A DNA stretch of 64,000 nucleotides from Bacteroidales bacterium (lineage in GTDB: Bacteria > Bacteroidota > Bacteroidia > Bacteroidales > VadinHA17): NCBI GenBank assembly GCA_007132995.1, contig SLNP01000014.1:3049-67048 (forward strand), given 5' to 3'. The notes below the pieces were generated by a model. That model saw nothing but the letters and a program-made list of their open reading frames with translations. It did not search any database and was not told the origin of the DNA. This document shows positions 8,291 to 17,729 of the stretch, one piece after another. The position numbers and the translations under genes are program-made. The number at the start of each line of letters is the position of its first letter. The stretch's first letter is position 1.

Positions 8291-9877
8291 ATGAACAGAT
8301 TATCCATCTTACTTATAGCACTCATAGCTCCGCTTGCCCTTACAGCGCAGAGCCTTGAAGAGGCAAAGGTGAAGGGGCTTGATGTTATTACCGAAAATGT
8401 TCTCAGGTCGCAGGTCAGATTTCTCGCCTCCGACTGGACCGAGGGTAGAGAGACCGGTGAGAGGGGCGAATACATGGCAGCCGACTATATTGCCAGCATG
8501 CTTGATCTTTTCGGTGTTGAGCCCGGAGGTGACTATGTTACCACCAGAGCCGGAAGAGAGAGAACCTACTTTCAGACCTTTCAGCTTTTAAAAACCAGTA
8601 TGGGAGATGATCAGCGACTCTATCTGCACAGTAAGAGTGGTCCGGTCACAAAGACAACCGGTTTCACCTACGGAGTCGACTACACCTTCAGGAACACCAC
8701 TGCAGACCTTGATCTCACCGCCCCGGTAGTTTTCGTTGGCTACGGAATAAGGTCAGACGAGCACAGGTATAATGATTTCAGAGGCAAGGATGTTGAGGGT
8801 AAAATAATCCTCAGGGTATCAGGGGTTCCCCAGTCTATCCGCGATCAGGCAACCGGCAATCAGGTATCGGTAATACTGCGGCAGCGTGATGCAGTAGCCC
8901 GTGAGATGGGTGCCGTCGGTGTTATTGAGGTAAACCCCAACAACACCGTTCTTACTGCCGGTGTAGAGCCAAGAGATTTCCTGGACATGAAACCGGCACA
9001 AAGAAGGCCCAGCAGCAGAAGGCCTTTTGGCCTCTCAAGGCCTCAAACCAGGCTGGCCAATCCACTACCCTCTATTACGGCATCTATGCGGCTGGCGAAT
9101 GAAATAGTCCGTAATGCAGGCTTTACCATTGAGGAGTACCTTAGTAATCCTGACGGGTTAGCAACTCGCCAATTTCCCGAAGTGAGCGGGCAAAGCATCC
9201 GGTTGGTCTCATCAGTAAACACCTCACTTATCAACACAAGGAATGTTATAGGAGTTATAGAGGGGAAAAACCCCGATGAGGTAATCGTTGTCGGTGCACA
9301 TTATGACCATTTGGGTATGCACGACGGATATATCTGGAATGGAGCCGACGACAATGCATCTGGCACAGTGGGTGCCATGACTCTTGCTAAAGCCTTTATG
9401 GCCACAGGCGTTCAGCCTGAGAAGACAATTGTTATTGCGCTTTGGACTGCCGAGGAGCGTGGACTGCTGGGATCCAGGTACTGGGTAGAAAATCCTACAG
9501 TACCCATCGAGAATGTTATGATGAACATAAACTTCGATATGATAGCAAGGTATGTAGCCGATGACAGACCCAACGCAGTGGTAATGACCTACACCGAATC
9601 TCATGAACTTTTCAGGGATATAACATTGAGAAATATGGCCAGGCACAACATTGAGATAGAGCCCGAGTATGTTGCCTCAATGAATCCACCCGGCGGCAGT
9701 GACCACCGCTCCTTTGTAGCTGTGGGCATTCCCATAATGAGGTTCAAGGCCGGACACAGGGAGGAGTATCATACCCCATTCGACGAAACTCACACCCTTG
9801 ACTGGGATATTATGGAGAAGGTTGTAAAAATCTCTTTTGCCAACATATGGGATCTTGCCAATATGGAGTGGAGGTAG
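8291..9877 (+). CDS. M28 family metallopeptidase with PA domain (paralog 2)
   Basis: Signal peptide. Motifs VVGAHYDHLGM, WNGADDNASGTVGAM, LWTAEERGLLGSRYW and HREEYHTPFD. Collinear with the upstream paralog. Confidence 0.85.
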   Translation: MNRLSILLIALIAPLALTAQSLEEAKVKGLDVITENVLRSQVRFLASDWTEGRETGERGEYMAADYIASMLDLFGVEPGGDYVTTRAGRERTYFQTFQLLKTSMGDDQRLYLHSKSGPVTKTTGFTYGVDYTFRNTTADLDLTAPVVFVGYGIRSDEHRYNDFRGKDVEGKIILRVSGVPQSIRDQATGNQVSVILRQRDAVAREMGAVGVIEVNPNNTVLTAGVEPRDFLDMKPAQRRPSSRRPFGLSRPQTRLANPLPSITASMRLANEIVRNAGFTIEEYLSNPDGLATRQFPEVSGQSIRLVSSVNTSLINTRNVIGVIEGKNPDEVIVVGAHYDHLGMHDGYIWNGADDNASGTVGAMTLAKAFMATGVQPEKTIVIALWTAEERGLLGSRYWVENPTVPIENVMMNINFDMIARYVADDRPNAVVMTYTESHELFRDITLRNMARHNIEIEPEYVASMNPPGGSDHRSFVAVGIPIMRFKAGHREEYHTPFDETHTLDWDIMEKVVKISFANIWDLANMEWR

Positions 9878-9912
9878 TATAGTGTACATCTAACATTAAG
9901 AAACAGCACCAA

Positions 9913-9947
9913 AAAAGGGGTCCGGGCTAAATCCGGATCCCTTTTCT
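9913..9947 (+). terminator. Rho-independent terminator after M28 paralog 2
   Basis: Stem ggggtccgg (9917-9925) / ccggatccc (9933-9941) with one G-U pair. Flanked by an A-run upstream and by cttttctt downstream. Confidence 0.6.
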
Positions 9948-10068
9948 TGATAGTGGCATAATTTTTGGATTTCAAAAATGATGGCATTACTCTTTCAATT
10001 ACAGGTTCCGGGAGAGATCTGCCAGTCACAACATAGTTACTGATAGCCACAACCTAATATTACCGAAA

Positions 10069-10572
10069 ATGAGGAAAGCACTGTTATTGTCGTTCATAGT
10101 ACTAGTCTCAGCCTCGTGCGCCACTACTTCGCTATCCAGAGCTGAAAGAGAGCAGCAGCGTATTCTTGAGGCAGCCCACCGACGGGCTGTTGTAGCAAAA
10201 ACCATTGAGTCCGGAAGCTTTGTCTTAAGGTTTGAAAATGCCAGGAGTCAGGCAGGCAGACCTGCACAGCTGGCCAGCAGCCAGAACTATATTGCTGTTC
10301 ATGACGGCAGTGCGGAGATAAGCCTTGCCTATTCAGGCAGGCAGTACGGCACAAGGCCCATAGCAGCCTTCATAATAAACGGCAAGGTAAGCGATTACAG
10401 GTTAGAGGAGGATGCTTCCGGCACACCCCACCGGATAAGGTTCTCTATTGTTCAGGGGCGCGAGTTATTCAGGTTCTCTATTCTTGTAGATGACTCCGGA
10501 GCCGCTACAGCAGTTGTAAATAACAACAAGATAGACATGACCGAATACAGCGGTTACCTGCACCTTCAGTAA
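10069..10572 (+). CDS. Lipoprotein of unknown function (DUF4251-like)
   Basis: Lipobox LVSASC. 167 aa, beta-rich, no catalytic motifs. The family name is from memory only. Confidence 0.5.
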   Translation: MRKALLLSFIVLVSASCATTSLSRAEREQQRILEAAHRRAVVAKTIESGSFVLRFENARSQAGRPAQLASSQNYIAVHDGSAEISLAYSGRQYGTRPIAAFIINGKVSDYRLEEDASGTPHRIRFSIVQGRELFRFSILVDDSGAATAVVNNNKIDMTEYSGYLHLQ

Positions 10573-10579
10573 TCAGGTC

Positions 10580-10948
10580 TCAGCTATACTCCAGAAAGCT
10601 GCTGTTGAAATGGAGTCTGTAGAAGTCGCGTCCATCTTCAGAGTAGCCGTACTCATAACAATACCTGCATACTGTCCCTGAAGACGATTCAATTACATGG
10701 GTAAAGAAGTTAAAGTTATAGCCCATGGCAAAGAGTGCATCTTTATGTATCCTCGTCTTTCCCTCCTGATAAAGATCTGATAATATTCTCCGGTTTCTCC
10801 TCAGAAGGGAGTGCACGCTCCTCACATAGTGATTGTTCTCTTTGTTGATGCGGTTATTATAGCTGTTTCTGCAGTGGTCGGAGCAGAACTTCTTGTCAGC
10901 CCTTCCCCTTAACAACTCACCACAGTCAAGACAACCTCTCTTTTCCAC
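10580..10948 (-). CDS. Hypothetical zinc-ribbon protein
   Basis: N-terminal CLDCGELLRGRADKKFCSDHCRNSYNN (CxxC...CxxxC) followed by a basic region. GTG start at 10948. Convergent with the upstream lipoprotein gene. Confidence 0.5.
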   Translation of the reverse strand: MEKRGCLDCGELLRGRADKKFCSDHCRNSYNNRINKENNHYVRSVHSLLRRNRRILSDLYQEGKTRIHKDALFAMGYNFNFFTHVIESSSGTVCRYCYEYGYSEDGRDFYRLHFNSSFLEYS

Positions 10949-11108
10949 AACGGTAAAGTTTTGATAAAGATAAAGAAAAACCTTTTAACCGGTTACATCC
11001 GTTTATAAACGACTATCAATTAGAAGTTAACTGATTATATACCAACTCACATAACAATACCTGCCTATACTTGCAAAGAGATTAATTACTAACCAAAACC
11101 AAAATGTC

Positions 11109-11450
11109 ATGAACAGTTTAAGAAACAGATTACAGTTAATCGGAAATCTCGGGCAGGACCCTGAGTTGAAGAAGACCGAGAGCGGAAAGAGCGTAACGCG
11201 ATTCACCATGGCCACAACCGAAACCTACAAAAACGGTGAGGGGCAAAAGGTAGAAGACACAACCTGGCACAACATCGTGGCATGGAACGGACTGGCAGAA
11301 ATAGCCTCCAGATACCTTAAAAAGGGTCGGGAGGTGGCAGTAGAAGGCAGGCTTACCCACAGGCCTTACGAAGACAAGGAGGGCAATCAGAGGTATTTCA
11401 CCGAGGTGGTACTCTCTGATATTTTGCTTTTGCGATCACCAAAAGAGTAA
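11109..11450 (+). CDS. ssb: Single-stranded DNA-binding protein, short form without acidic C-terminal tail
   Basis: OB-fold signature NRLQLIGNLGQDPELKKTESGKSVTRFTMATTE...TWHNIVAWNGLAEIASRYLKKGREVAVEGRLTHRPYEDKEG. Ends ...LLLRSPKE. Confidence 0.85.
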   Translation: MNSLRNRLQLIGNLGQDPELKKTESGKSVTRFTMATTETYKNGEGQKVEDTTWHNIVAWNGLAEIASRYLKKGREVAVEGRLTHRPYEDKEGNQRYFTEVVLSDILLLRSPKE

Positions 11451-11481
11451 AAAAAACCGGGCTCTGAAGCCCGGTTTTTTT
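11449..11481. terminator. Bidirectional rho-independent terminator between convergent ssb and the S9 peptidase gene
   Basis: aaaaaaaa-ccgggc-tctgaa-gcccgg-ttttttt. Stem at 11457-11462 / 11469-11474, with an A-run on one side and a T-run on the other. Confidence 0.75.
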
Positions 11482-11488
11482 ATAGTTT

Positions 11489-13840
11489 CTATCTGTCCGG
11501 ATCATAGTCATGATGCCTGTACTCATACATATCGACATTGGTACGGTAATCGCCGAGCAGGTGCTCTGAAAAGTAGTACCACATCATTCTCTGGAAATAG
11601 CGTGTCGTACCCCCAAAACCGTGCCTCATACCGGGAACCATAAGCATATCGAAACGCTTATTGGCACTGATCAGTGCATCAACCACCCTCGATGTATTAC
11701 CAGGGTGCACATTACTATCTATCTCACCATGAACAAGCAGAAGATATCCCCTGAGGTTTTCAGCCAGCTCCTGATTGGGTGCGGGATTCGATTCATAGGT
11801 AATGCGAACCTCTTCTCTCTCCTCTCCTGTCTCCTCATCCTCAACCTTAACGGTTCTCCTGATTTCACGAACACCATGATTTGACTCACTCCAGTTCCTG
11901 TTGTAGATATTGTTATCATGGTTACCGGCCGACGATACAGCAACCCGGTAAAACTCAGGATATGTAAGAATTGCAGCGGTCGACATAAACCCTCCGCCGG
12001 AATGGCCATATATACCCACTCTGGTAATGTCTATAAAGTCATGTCTGTCGGCCAGCTGCATAAGCCCATACTTGTCATCCTCCAGGGCATAGTCACGCAG
12101 GTTCTGATAGCCGTATGAGTGATAGTACTGGTCTCTCATCGGGCTTCCGCCTCTGTGGCCAAAGTTCACAACTATAAACCCAAGTTGTGCGAGTGAAGAG
12201 AAGTTACCTCCAACCGTAAAGCCGTAGGGAACCGACTCTGTCTGGGGGCCGGGATAGACATAAGATATAACAGGATATTTCCGGGTAGAATCGAAGTCAT
12301 GAGGTTTATACATAACCCCGAAAAGGTCGGTAACCCCATCGCTTGCCTTAACAACGAAGGTCTCGGCCTCTCTCCACCCTGTTCTGTACAGCTCTGTCAG
12401 ATCTACCTGCTCAAGTTGCATCAAGACAGAGCCATCCATATCCTTGAGAACAGATACAGGCGCCTTGTCAACTGTACTGTAGGTGTTTACAAAATAATTA
12501 TTGGTTCTGGATATTGAGATAGAGTGGTTTGCCGCTTCCGGCGTGAGCAGTTCAAGGCCCTGGCGATCGATAGATGCCTTATACATCATACTGTAATAGG
12601 GATGAACATTGGGCTCACGGCCATAGCCGTTAAGTATTATTGTCCTTGCCGCAGTATCTATCCGCTGAATATTGCCGGCTACAAAAAAGTCATCGGTAAT
12701 CTGGTTCTTCAGGTTACCCTCTCCGTCATAAAGATAGTACTGCTGCCAGCCGGTGCGCTCAGAGCGCCATATAAGATCCTGGCCATCATTAAGAATATGC
12801 AGCCTCTCACCACTAATGTAGGGTCTGATAGTCTCCTCTATAAGCACTTTTATCTCACCTGTGTTGGCATCAACTGAGAGAACATCAACATGCTGGTATG
12901 TACGGCACTTTCGTGTAACTATCATACGGTTGGGGCCTTCACGGGAAACCCAGCGCACTGAATTAAACTGGTTGTGCCACTTCTCGAGCTCTACATCTAT
13001 TCGCTCTTTAGTCTCAACATCCCATATAATAAGTTCACTCTGTCCGACATGCTCCTCTCCCGGCATTGCATACCGGTAGGTCTGCAGCGAGGGGCGCGGA
13101 TCATTAAGTACATCGATAACCCAGAGATCCTGAACCTTTCTCTGATCGGAGCGGGTCATGTAGTACTTCTCTGAGTTTCTGAACCATGATCCCCTTGCCC
13201 TTACTCGCCTGGTTGTATCTGGCTCTGTCCGGCTGGATGCATTGGTATAGCTGTAAAAGGCTTCACCATCTGTTGTAAGTCTGATCTCAAGGCTATCCGT
13301 ATCATCTGCCCTCATCATATAGAGATCATGACCACGACCGAAAACTATCCATGTGCTGTCGGGCGAATAGCTGGGCCAGTTTGGCCTTCTTTCAGGCCTG
13401 GTTCTTCTTATGGTATCTGTTATAACAAGATTTCTGGTCTCTATGTCATAGAGAAACTTAATAGAATCTGCGTTAAAGGTGAATTTGGTATGACTATCCT
13501 CTTCAAACTCAATATTACGCAGCGGCAGATCAAGAAGGTTGTAGTTCTGGTTGGTCAGAAGCTGCATCTGTGCGGCCATATACCTTCTGTCAAACATAAA
13601 CCTCCTGTCGCGCCTTCTGGCATCGACATAGTAGTACTGCTTCCCCTGTGGAGTACTGAATGAGTACCAGAAGTAATCGGTCTCATGTATCCAGTTTGGC
13701 CTAACAGACATGCTGCCAACCTTCGACCTGAGATTCTCCGGTGCAAATCGCTCGGCTGCCCTGAAGTCAGCCCTCTGTTGGGCATGCAGAGAAAATGTCA
13801 TCACACCCAAAACACTCAGAATTAATAGTTTTTTCATCAT
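11489..13840 (-). CDS. S9 family serine peptidase (dipeptidyl-peptidase IV-like)
   Basis: Signal peptide and long beta-propeller-type N-terminal region. C-terminal alpha/beta hydrolase with nucleophile elbow GIYGHSGGG, plus HGEIDSNVH and GMRHGF. Confidence 0.85.
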   Translation of the reverse strand: MMKKLLILSVLGVMTFSLHAQQRADFRAAERFAPENLRSKVGSMSVRPNWIHETDYFWYSFSTPQGKQYYYVDARRRDRRFMFDRRYMAAQMQLLTNQNYNLLDLPLRNIEFEEDSHTKFTFNADSIKFLYDIETRNLVITDTIRRTRPERRPNWPSYSPDSTWIVFGRGHDLYMMRADDTDSLEIRLTTDGEAFYSYTNASSRTEPDTTRRVRARGSWFRNSEKYYMTRSDQRKVQDLWVIDVLNDPRPSLQTYRYAMPGEEHVGQSELIIWDVETKERIDVELEKWHNQFNSVRWVSREGPNRMIVTRKCRTYQHVDVLSVDANTGEIKVLIEETIRPYISGERLHILNDGQDLIWRSERTGWQQYYLYDGEGNLKNQITDDFFVAGNIQRIDTAARTIILNGYGREPNVHPYYSMMYKASIDRQGLELLTPEAANHSISISRTNNYFVNTYSTVDKAPVSVLKDMDGSVLMQLEQVDLTELYRTGWREAETFVVKASDGVTDLFGVMYKPHDFDSTRKYPVISYVYPGPQTESVPYGFTVGGNFSSLAQLGFIVVNFGHRGGSPMRDQYYHSYGYQNLRDYALEDDKYGLMQLADRHDFIDITRVGIYGHSGGGFMSTAAILTYPEFYRVAVSSAGNHDNNIYNRNWSESNHGVREIRRTVKVEDEETGEEREEVRITYESNPAPNQELAENLRGYLLLVHGEIDSNVHPGNTSRVVDALISANKRFDMLMVPGMRHGFGGTTRYFQRMMWYYFSEHLLGDYRTNVDMYEYRHHDYDPDR

Positions 13841-13983
13841 TTAATAGTTTTCACATGAAAACAGGCGTAACAGTTCGCGCCAAAGAGAAGCCCTCTGCGG
13901 TCAGATTCAGATAATGCATAACTAATCATCAGAATTCGTTAAACTGCAACTTGATATTCCCATGTCAGGTTCATGTAATTATT

Positions 13984-14123
13984 TATTGGTGATTGGTTAC
14001 TGGTTATTGGTGATTGGTTACGGATTACGGATTACGGGTTACTGGTTACTATTAACCGATTATTGATTACTGAATGCTGATTACCATTTACTGTTCACCT
14101 TTTACCGTTTACCATATTCACTA
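13984..14123. repeat. Tract of ~20 degenerate heptanucleotide repeats
   Basis: Strict 7-bp register: tattggt gattggt tactggt tattggt gattggt tacggat tacggat tacgggt tactggt tactatt aaccgat tattgat tactgaa tgctgat taccatt tactgtt caccttt taccgtt taccata ttcacta. No ORF in any frame. Confidence 0.85.
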
Positions 14124-14349
14124 TTCCCTCTCCCCAACACTCTCCTTAAGTGGCCAATATGCGTGCCATATAGCTAGATAAACTTATAACCCTCTTCAAT
14201 GTGCCGTAGATCTCTCCGGTCCGGAGCGGAACGGGTTGAAATACAGAAAAGCCTTCTTCTGACAGCAACAGAGAGTTCCGGAGGGTCACCACTCCAGGAA
14301 CACTCAAAAATAGTTTAAATCAGCTTGCTCCGGTCTGCCAGGAATATGT

Positions 14350-14940
14350 TTATAAACAGCATGACCTACCAGCCTCAAGCGCCTTGATATTTACAGATAC
14401 TATCTCTTCGCCCTTGCGGCCGAAAAGCTTCCTGACCGCATCGCACAGAGAGTCAAATGGTATATCTATATATTTTGAGGCTGCTCCCAGCACAACCATA
14501 TTACCAGACCTTACTGAGCCGGCCTCTTTGGCCATGTTATCGGCATCAACTACGATACTCTTCTCAATCTTCCTGAACTCATCAAGAATTGAGTTGATGT
14601 CGGGATAGTCCGGGATATTGACAAAAGGGGTCGAGTTGGAGACTATCCAACCATCCTTTTTTAGCCAGGGCAGATACCGCAGGGCCTCCATCGGCTCAAC
14701 ACTGATTATCAGATCTGCTCCGCCGTAAGGTATAAGATCTGATGATATCTGGCTGTCAGAGATGCGAAGGTGTGATTGCACATCACCACCTCTCTGGCTC
14801 ATACCGTGAACTTCAGACTGCTTAAGGTAAAGGCCCTTATCGACAGCTGCCAGTCCAACTACCGCTGCTATTGACAAAATACCCTGACCACCAACACCTG
14901 CTAGAATAATGTCATTCTTCATTCCTATATCATTTTTCAT
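14350..14940 (-). CDS. iorB: Indolepyruvate:ferredoxin oxidoreductase subunit beta
   Basis: N-terminal ILAGVGGQGILS motif and pyruvate/ketoisovalerate oxidoreductase gamma-type fold. Lies immediately downstream of iorA. Candidate ATGs at 14961, 14940 and 14922; MKNDI is duplicated. Confidence 0.85.
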   Translation of the reverse strand: MKNDIGMKNDIILAGVGGQGILSIAAVVGLAAVDKGLYLKQSEVHGMSQRGGDVQSHLRISDSQISSDLIPYGGADLIISVEPMEALRYLPWLKKDGWIVSNSTPFVNIPDYPDINSILDEFRKIEKSIVVDADNMAKEAGSVRSGNMVVLGAASKYIDIPFDSLCDAVRKLFGRKGEEIVSVNIKALEAGRSCCL

Positions 14941-15023
14941 ATAATACACTGTTGTAAACATTTAACAAGAAGTCACCGCACCGACACACCTCTGGCCCCA
15001 GGGCACCTGGTGCCGGTGAAAAA

Positions 15024-16637
15024 TCATTTGCCTTTTTTTCTGGCCATCTCATCCTTTTTTCTGCGGGCGGCGGTCTGAATACACTCACGAATGGCAATAA
15101 TTACCGACACCCCTTTATACTCAAACTCCTCTTTCATCACCTTCACCATCTCTTCGTGGTTTTTCTTAAGTGGCACCACTGTTCTTATATGCTCTTTTTC
15201 AACGCCCAGGCCTTCACATATCGCCTCGAGCCTTCCGGTTGCATGTGATTTCTGCCCACCGGTCATACCGGTTGTTGAATTGTCGGAGATAATAATGGTA
15301 ACCGGAGAGTCCTTGACAACAGCGTCAAGCAGTCCGGTCATACCGCTATGGGTAAATGTCGAGTCACCTACTACGCAGACCGAAGGGATAAGCCCTGCAT
15401 CGGCCGCTCCAACAGCCATAGTGACGGAGGCACCCATGTCAACACAAGAGTTAATGGCATTGTATGGTGGCAGAGCACCAAGAGTGTAGCAACCGATATC
15501 TGAAAAAACCCTGCCGGGCGTGTACTCCTTAAGAGCCTCTTCAAGAGCTATATAGACATCAGAATGACCACAACCCCTGCAGAACGAGGGAGGCCTCATC
15601 CGCACAACAGGGGGTACCTCTGCTCCCCGCTCTGACGGCATACCAAGAGCTTCAGCAACCAGATTGGGATTGAGCTCTCCCTCTCTGGGGAGAGTCCCGT
15701 CAAGTCGTCCCTTAATAGTTCTGCCACCGCTCAAAACACCTTTAAGAAGCTCTTCCATTATTGGATAGCCCTCTTCAAGTACCAGAAGGGTTTCACACTG
15801 TTCGGATATCTTGTCAAAAAGGGCGCTGTCAACAGGGTAGGATCCTATTTTCAGAACAGGATATGTAATAGAATCACCGGGGAAATTCTCCAGCAGATAG
15901 TTGTAGGTCAAACCAAAAGCAATGATTCCAAGCTTTTTATCTTTGCCCGGTATCAGCCTGTTGTAACCCTTCATAATCTCATCGGCAGGCAGACTCTCAT
16001 ATACACCCAGAAGGTTGTGATATCTTCTCCTGGCTATAGCGGGAAGAAGAACAAACTGTCGGGGGTCTTCAGGAAGAGATACACTATTCTCCCCGATCTG
16101 CGCCCTTCTCTGAACTGCCGATCTGGAGTGGGCAAGCCGGGTGGTAATCCTTATCATTACAGGAATCTTATATCGCTCAGAAATCTCAAAGCCGGCGAAA
16201 ACCATATCATAGGCCTCCTGCTGGCTGGTGGGTTCAAGTACCGGAATAAAAGAGAACTTGCCATAAAAGCGGGAATCCTGCTCATTCTGAGATGAGTGCA
16301 TTGAAGGATCATCAGCTGCAACTACAATAAGCCCTCCATTAACACCTGTTATTGCAGAGTTGACAAATCCGTCAGCCGCCACATTGAGCCCCACATGCTT
16401 CATTGCCACCATTGCTCTTTTTCCTGCATAGGACATACCCAGTGCGGCCTCCATTGAGGTCTTTTCATTAGCTGACCACTCACGATGGATATCGCGTTCA
16501 GTGGCATCCTTCGATGACTGTACATACTCCATAATCTCCGTAGAGGGAGTACCCGGGTACGCATACATACCGCTCATGCCCGCATCGATACCCGCCTGTG
16601 CAATTGCCTCATCTCCAAGTAATAATAATTTTTGCAT
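15024..16637 (-). CDS. iorA: Indolepyruvate:ferredoxin oxidoreductase subunit alpha
   Basis: TPP-enzyme motifs GDSTFTHSGMTGL and FCRGCGH. 537 aa, followed by iorB. Confidence 0.9.
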   Translation of the reverse strand: MQKLLLLGDEAIAQAGIDAGMSGMYAYPGTPSTEIMEYVQSSKDATERDIHREWSANEKTSMEAALGMSYAGKRAMVAMKHVGLNVAADGFVNSAITGVNGGLIVVAADDPSMHSSQNEQDSRFYGKFSFIPVLEPTSQQEAYDMVFAGFEISERYKIPVMIRITTRLAHSRSAVQRRAQIGENSVSLPEDPRQFVLLPAIARRRYHNLLGVYESLPADEIMKGYNRLIPGKDKKLGIIAFGLTYNYLLENFPGDSITYPVLKIGSYPVDSALFDKISEQCETLLVLEEGYPIMEELLKGVLSGGRTIKGRLDGTLPREGELNPNLVAEALGMPSERGAEVPPVVRMRPPSFCRGCGHSDVYIALEEALKEYTPGRVFSDIGCYTLGALPPYNAINSCVDMGASVTMAVGAADAGLIPSVCVVGDSTFTHSGMTGLLDAVVKDSPVTIIISDNSTTGMTGGQKSHATGRLEAICEGLGVEKEHIRTVVPLKKNHEEMVKVMKEEFEYKGVSVIIAIRECIQTAARRKKDEMARKKGK

Positions 16638-17038
16638 CTCTAAGTATATTTTAAATATGTTGATATTTTCCGATTCTGATAACTGGACCTGCAGTAAGCC
16701 GTAAAGGCGAACTACAAACCACTGAGAAGGTACATAAAACTGACATTCAGGGCCTTTGTCTTAAACTTGGGTACATCGCTCAATCTCATACCGGAAAGTC
16801 AGATAACAAGGTTATATAGAGCAGGTAAATATCCAAATTATTTCCTAATACCCAAATGATTTTTGGATCAATTATTGCACTATACAGTGTGAGGTAGTTC
16901 TTTGAAAAAAGACCTGTTGTTCATCTTGCTGTAGCAGGTATCACTCCTTAATATGTTAAAAGTTTCTGAAAGCATGTAAGTATGTTCATCTTTTCTTTTG
17001 AATTGAACTCTCTTTTATTGTATTTTGCGTCTGTTCGT

Positions 17039-17680
17039 ATGAGGTCGCTATTTACTACCGTCATATTAGCCATGCTTCTATTTACAACAGCATCAGGCCA
17101 GGAGCGCAAACCTGAACGGTATGTACAGGTGGGGGGATATGTACTTGACATAGCCCGGCAACCTATTGGCAATGTGAATATTCACACCAAAATGCTCAGA
17201 ACCGGAACCTCCAGCAACAACGATGGCCTCTACTCAATAGTAGCACTGCCGGGAGACACAATAGAGTTCTCTGCAGTCGGTTTCAGAACTTTAATATCGG
17301 TAGTACCTACCGATATTAAAGAGGCCCGCTTCGTCAAGGATGTGATAATGGAGTATGACACCATAGCGCTCGGAGAGGTAACTGTACTACCGTGGGGCTC
17401 ATATCCTCAGTTCCTTAAAGCGATGTCTGAACTTGAGATACGCCCGCCTGAGGAGATAGAGAATATGGAGAGGAATGTAGATATAATTCACCGGCAAATC
17501 ATCAATGCAAATGTTCTGTCTCCGGAAGCTGCTTACCGACACATAGCTGTCCGTCAAAGCAATGAGGCATACACCAGAGGGCAGATGCCTCAAAACAATC
17601 TGCTTAACCCCTTCGCATGGGCAAGATTTATAGAGGGTCTGAGAAGTGGTCTGTTACGCAACGAAAGAGACGACAGATAG
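17039..17680 (+). CDS. Carboxypeptidase-regulatory-like domain protein (stand-alone)
   Basis: Signal peptide MRSLFTTVILAMLLFTTASGQ, then VGGYVLD...NVNIHTKMLRTGTSSNNDGLYSIVALPGDTIEFSAVGF (CarboxypepD_reg-like). The ATG at 17039 is preferred over the track start at 16982. Confidence 0.5.
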   Translation: MRSLFTTVILAMLLFTTASGQERKPERYVQVGGYVLDIARQPIGNVNIHTKMLRTGTSSNNDGLYSIVALPGDTIEFSAVGFRTLISVVPTDIKEARFVKDVIMEYDTIALGEVTVLPWGSYPQFLKAMSELEIRPPEEIENMERNVDIIHRQIINANVLSPEAAYRHIAVRQSNEAYTRGQMPQNNLLNPFAWARFIEGLRSGLLRNERDDR

Positions 17681-17729
17681 GATAGGCAGGTAGCCACTAT
17701 CTGCACAACTCTTCCCTGGTCAGGTCGGC

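Noticed and set aside
13984-14123. Possible CRISPR array or minisatellite-encoded peptide
   Set aside because: The units are 7 bp with no spacers, and no cas genes are in the window. All frames contain stops. I classed it as a noncoding heptamer tract instead.
16638-17038. 400-bp divergent spacer between iorA and the CarboxypepD_reg-like gene as a possible sRNA/riboswitch locus
   Set aside because: I could find no convincing conserved-looking stem-loops, repeats or promoter boxes by eye. There is nothing to support a call without comparative data.
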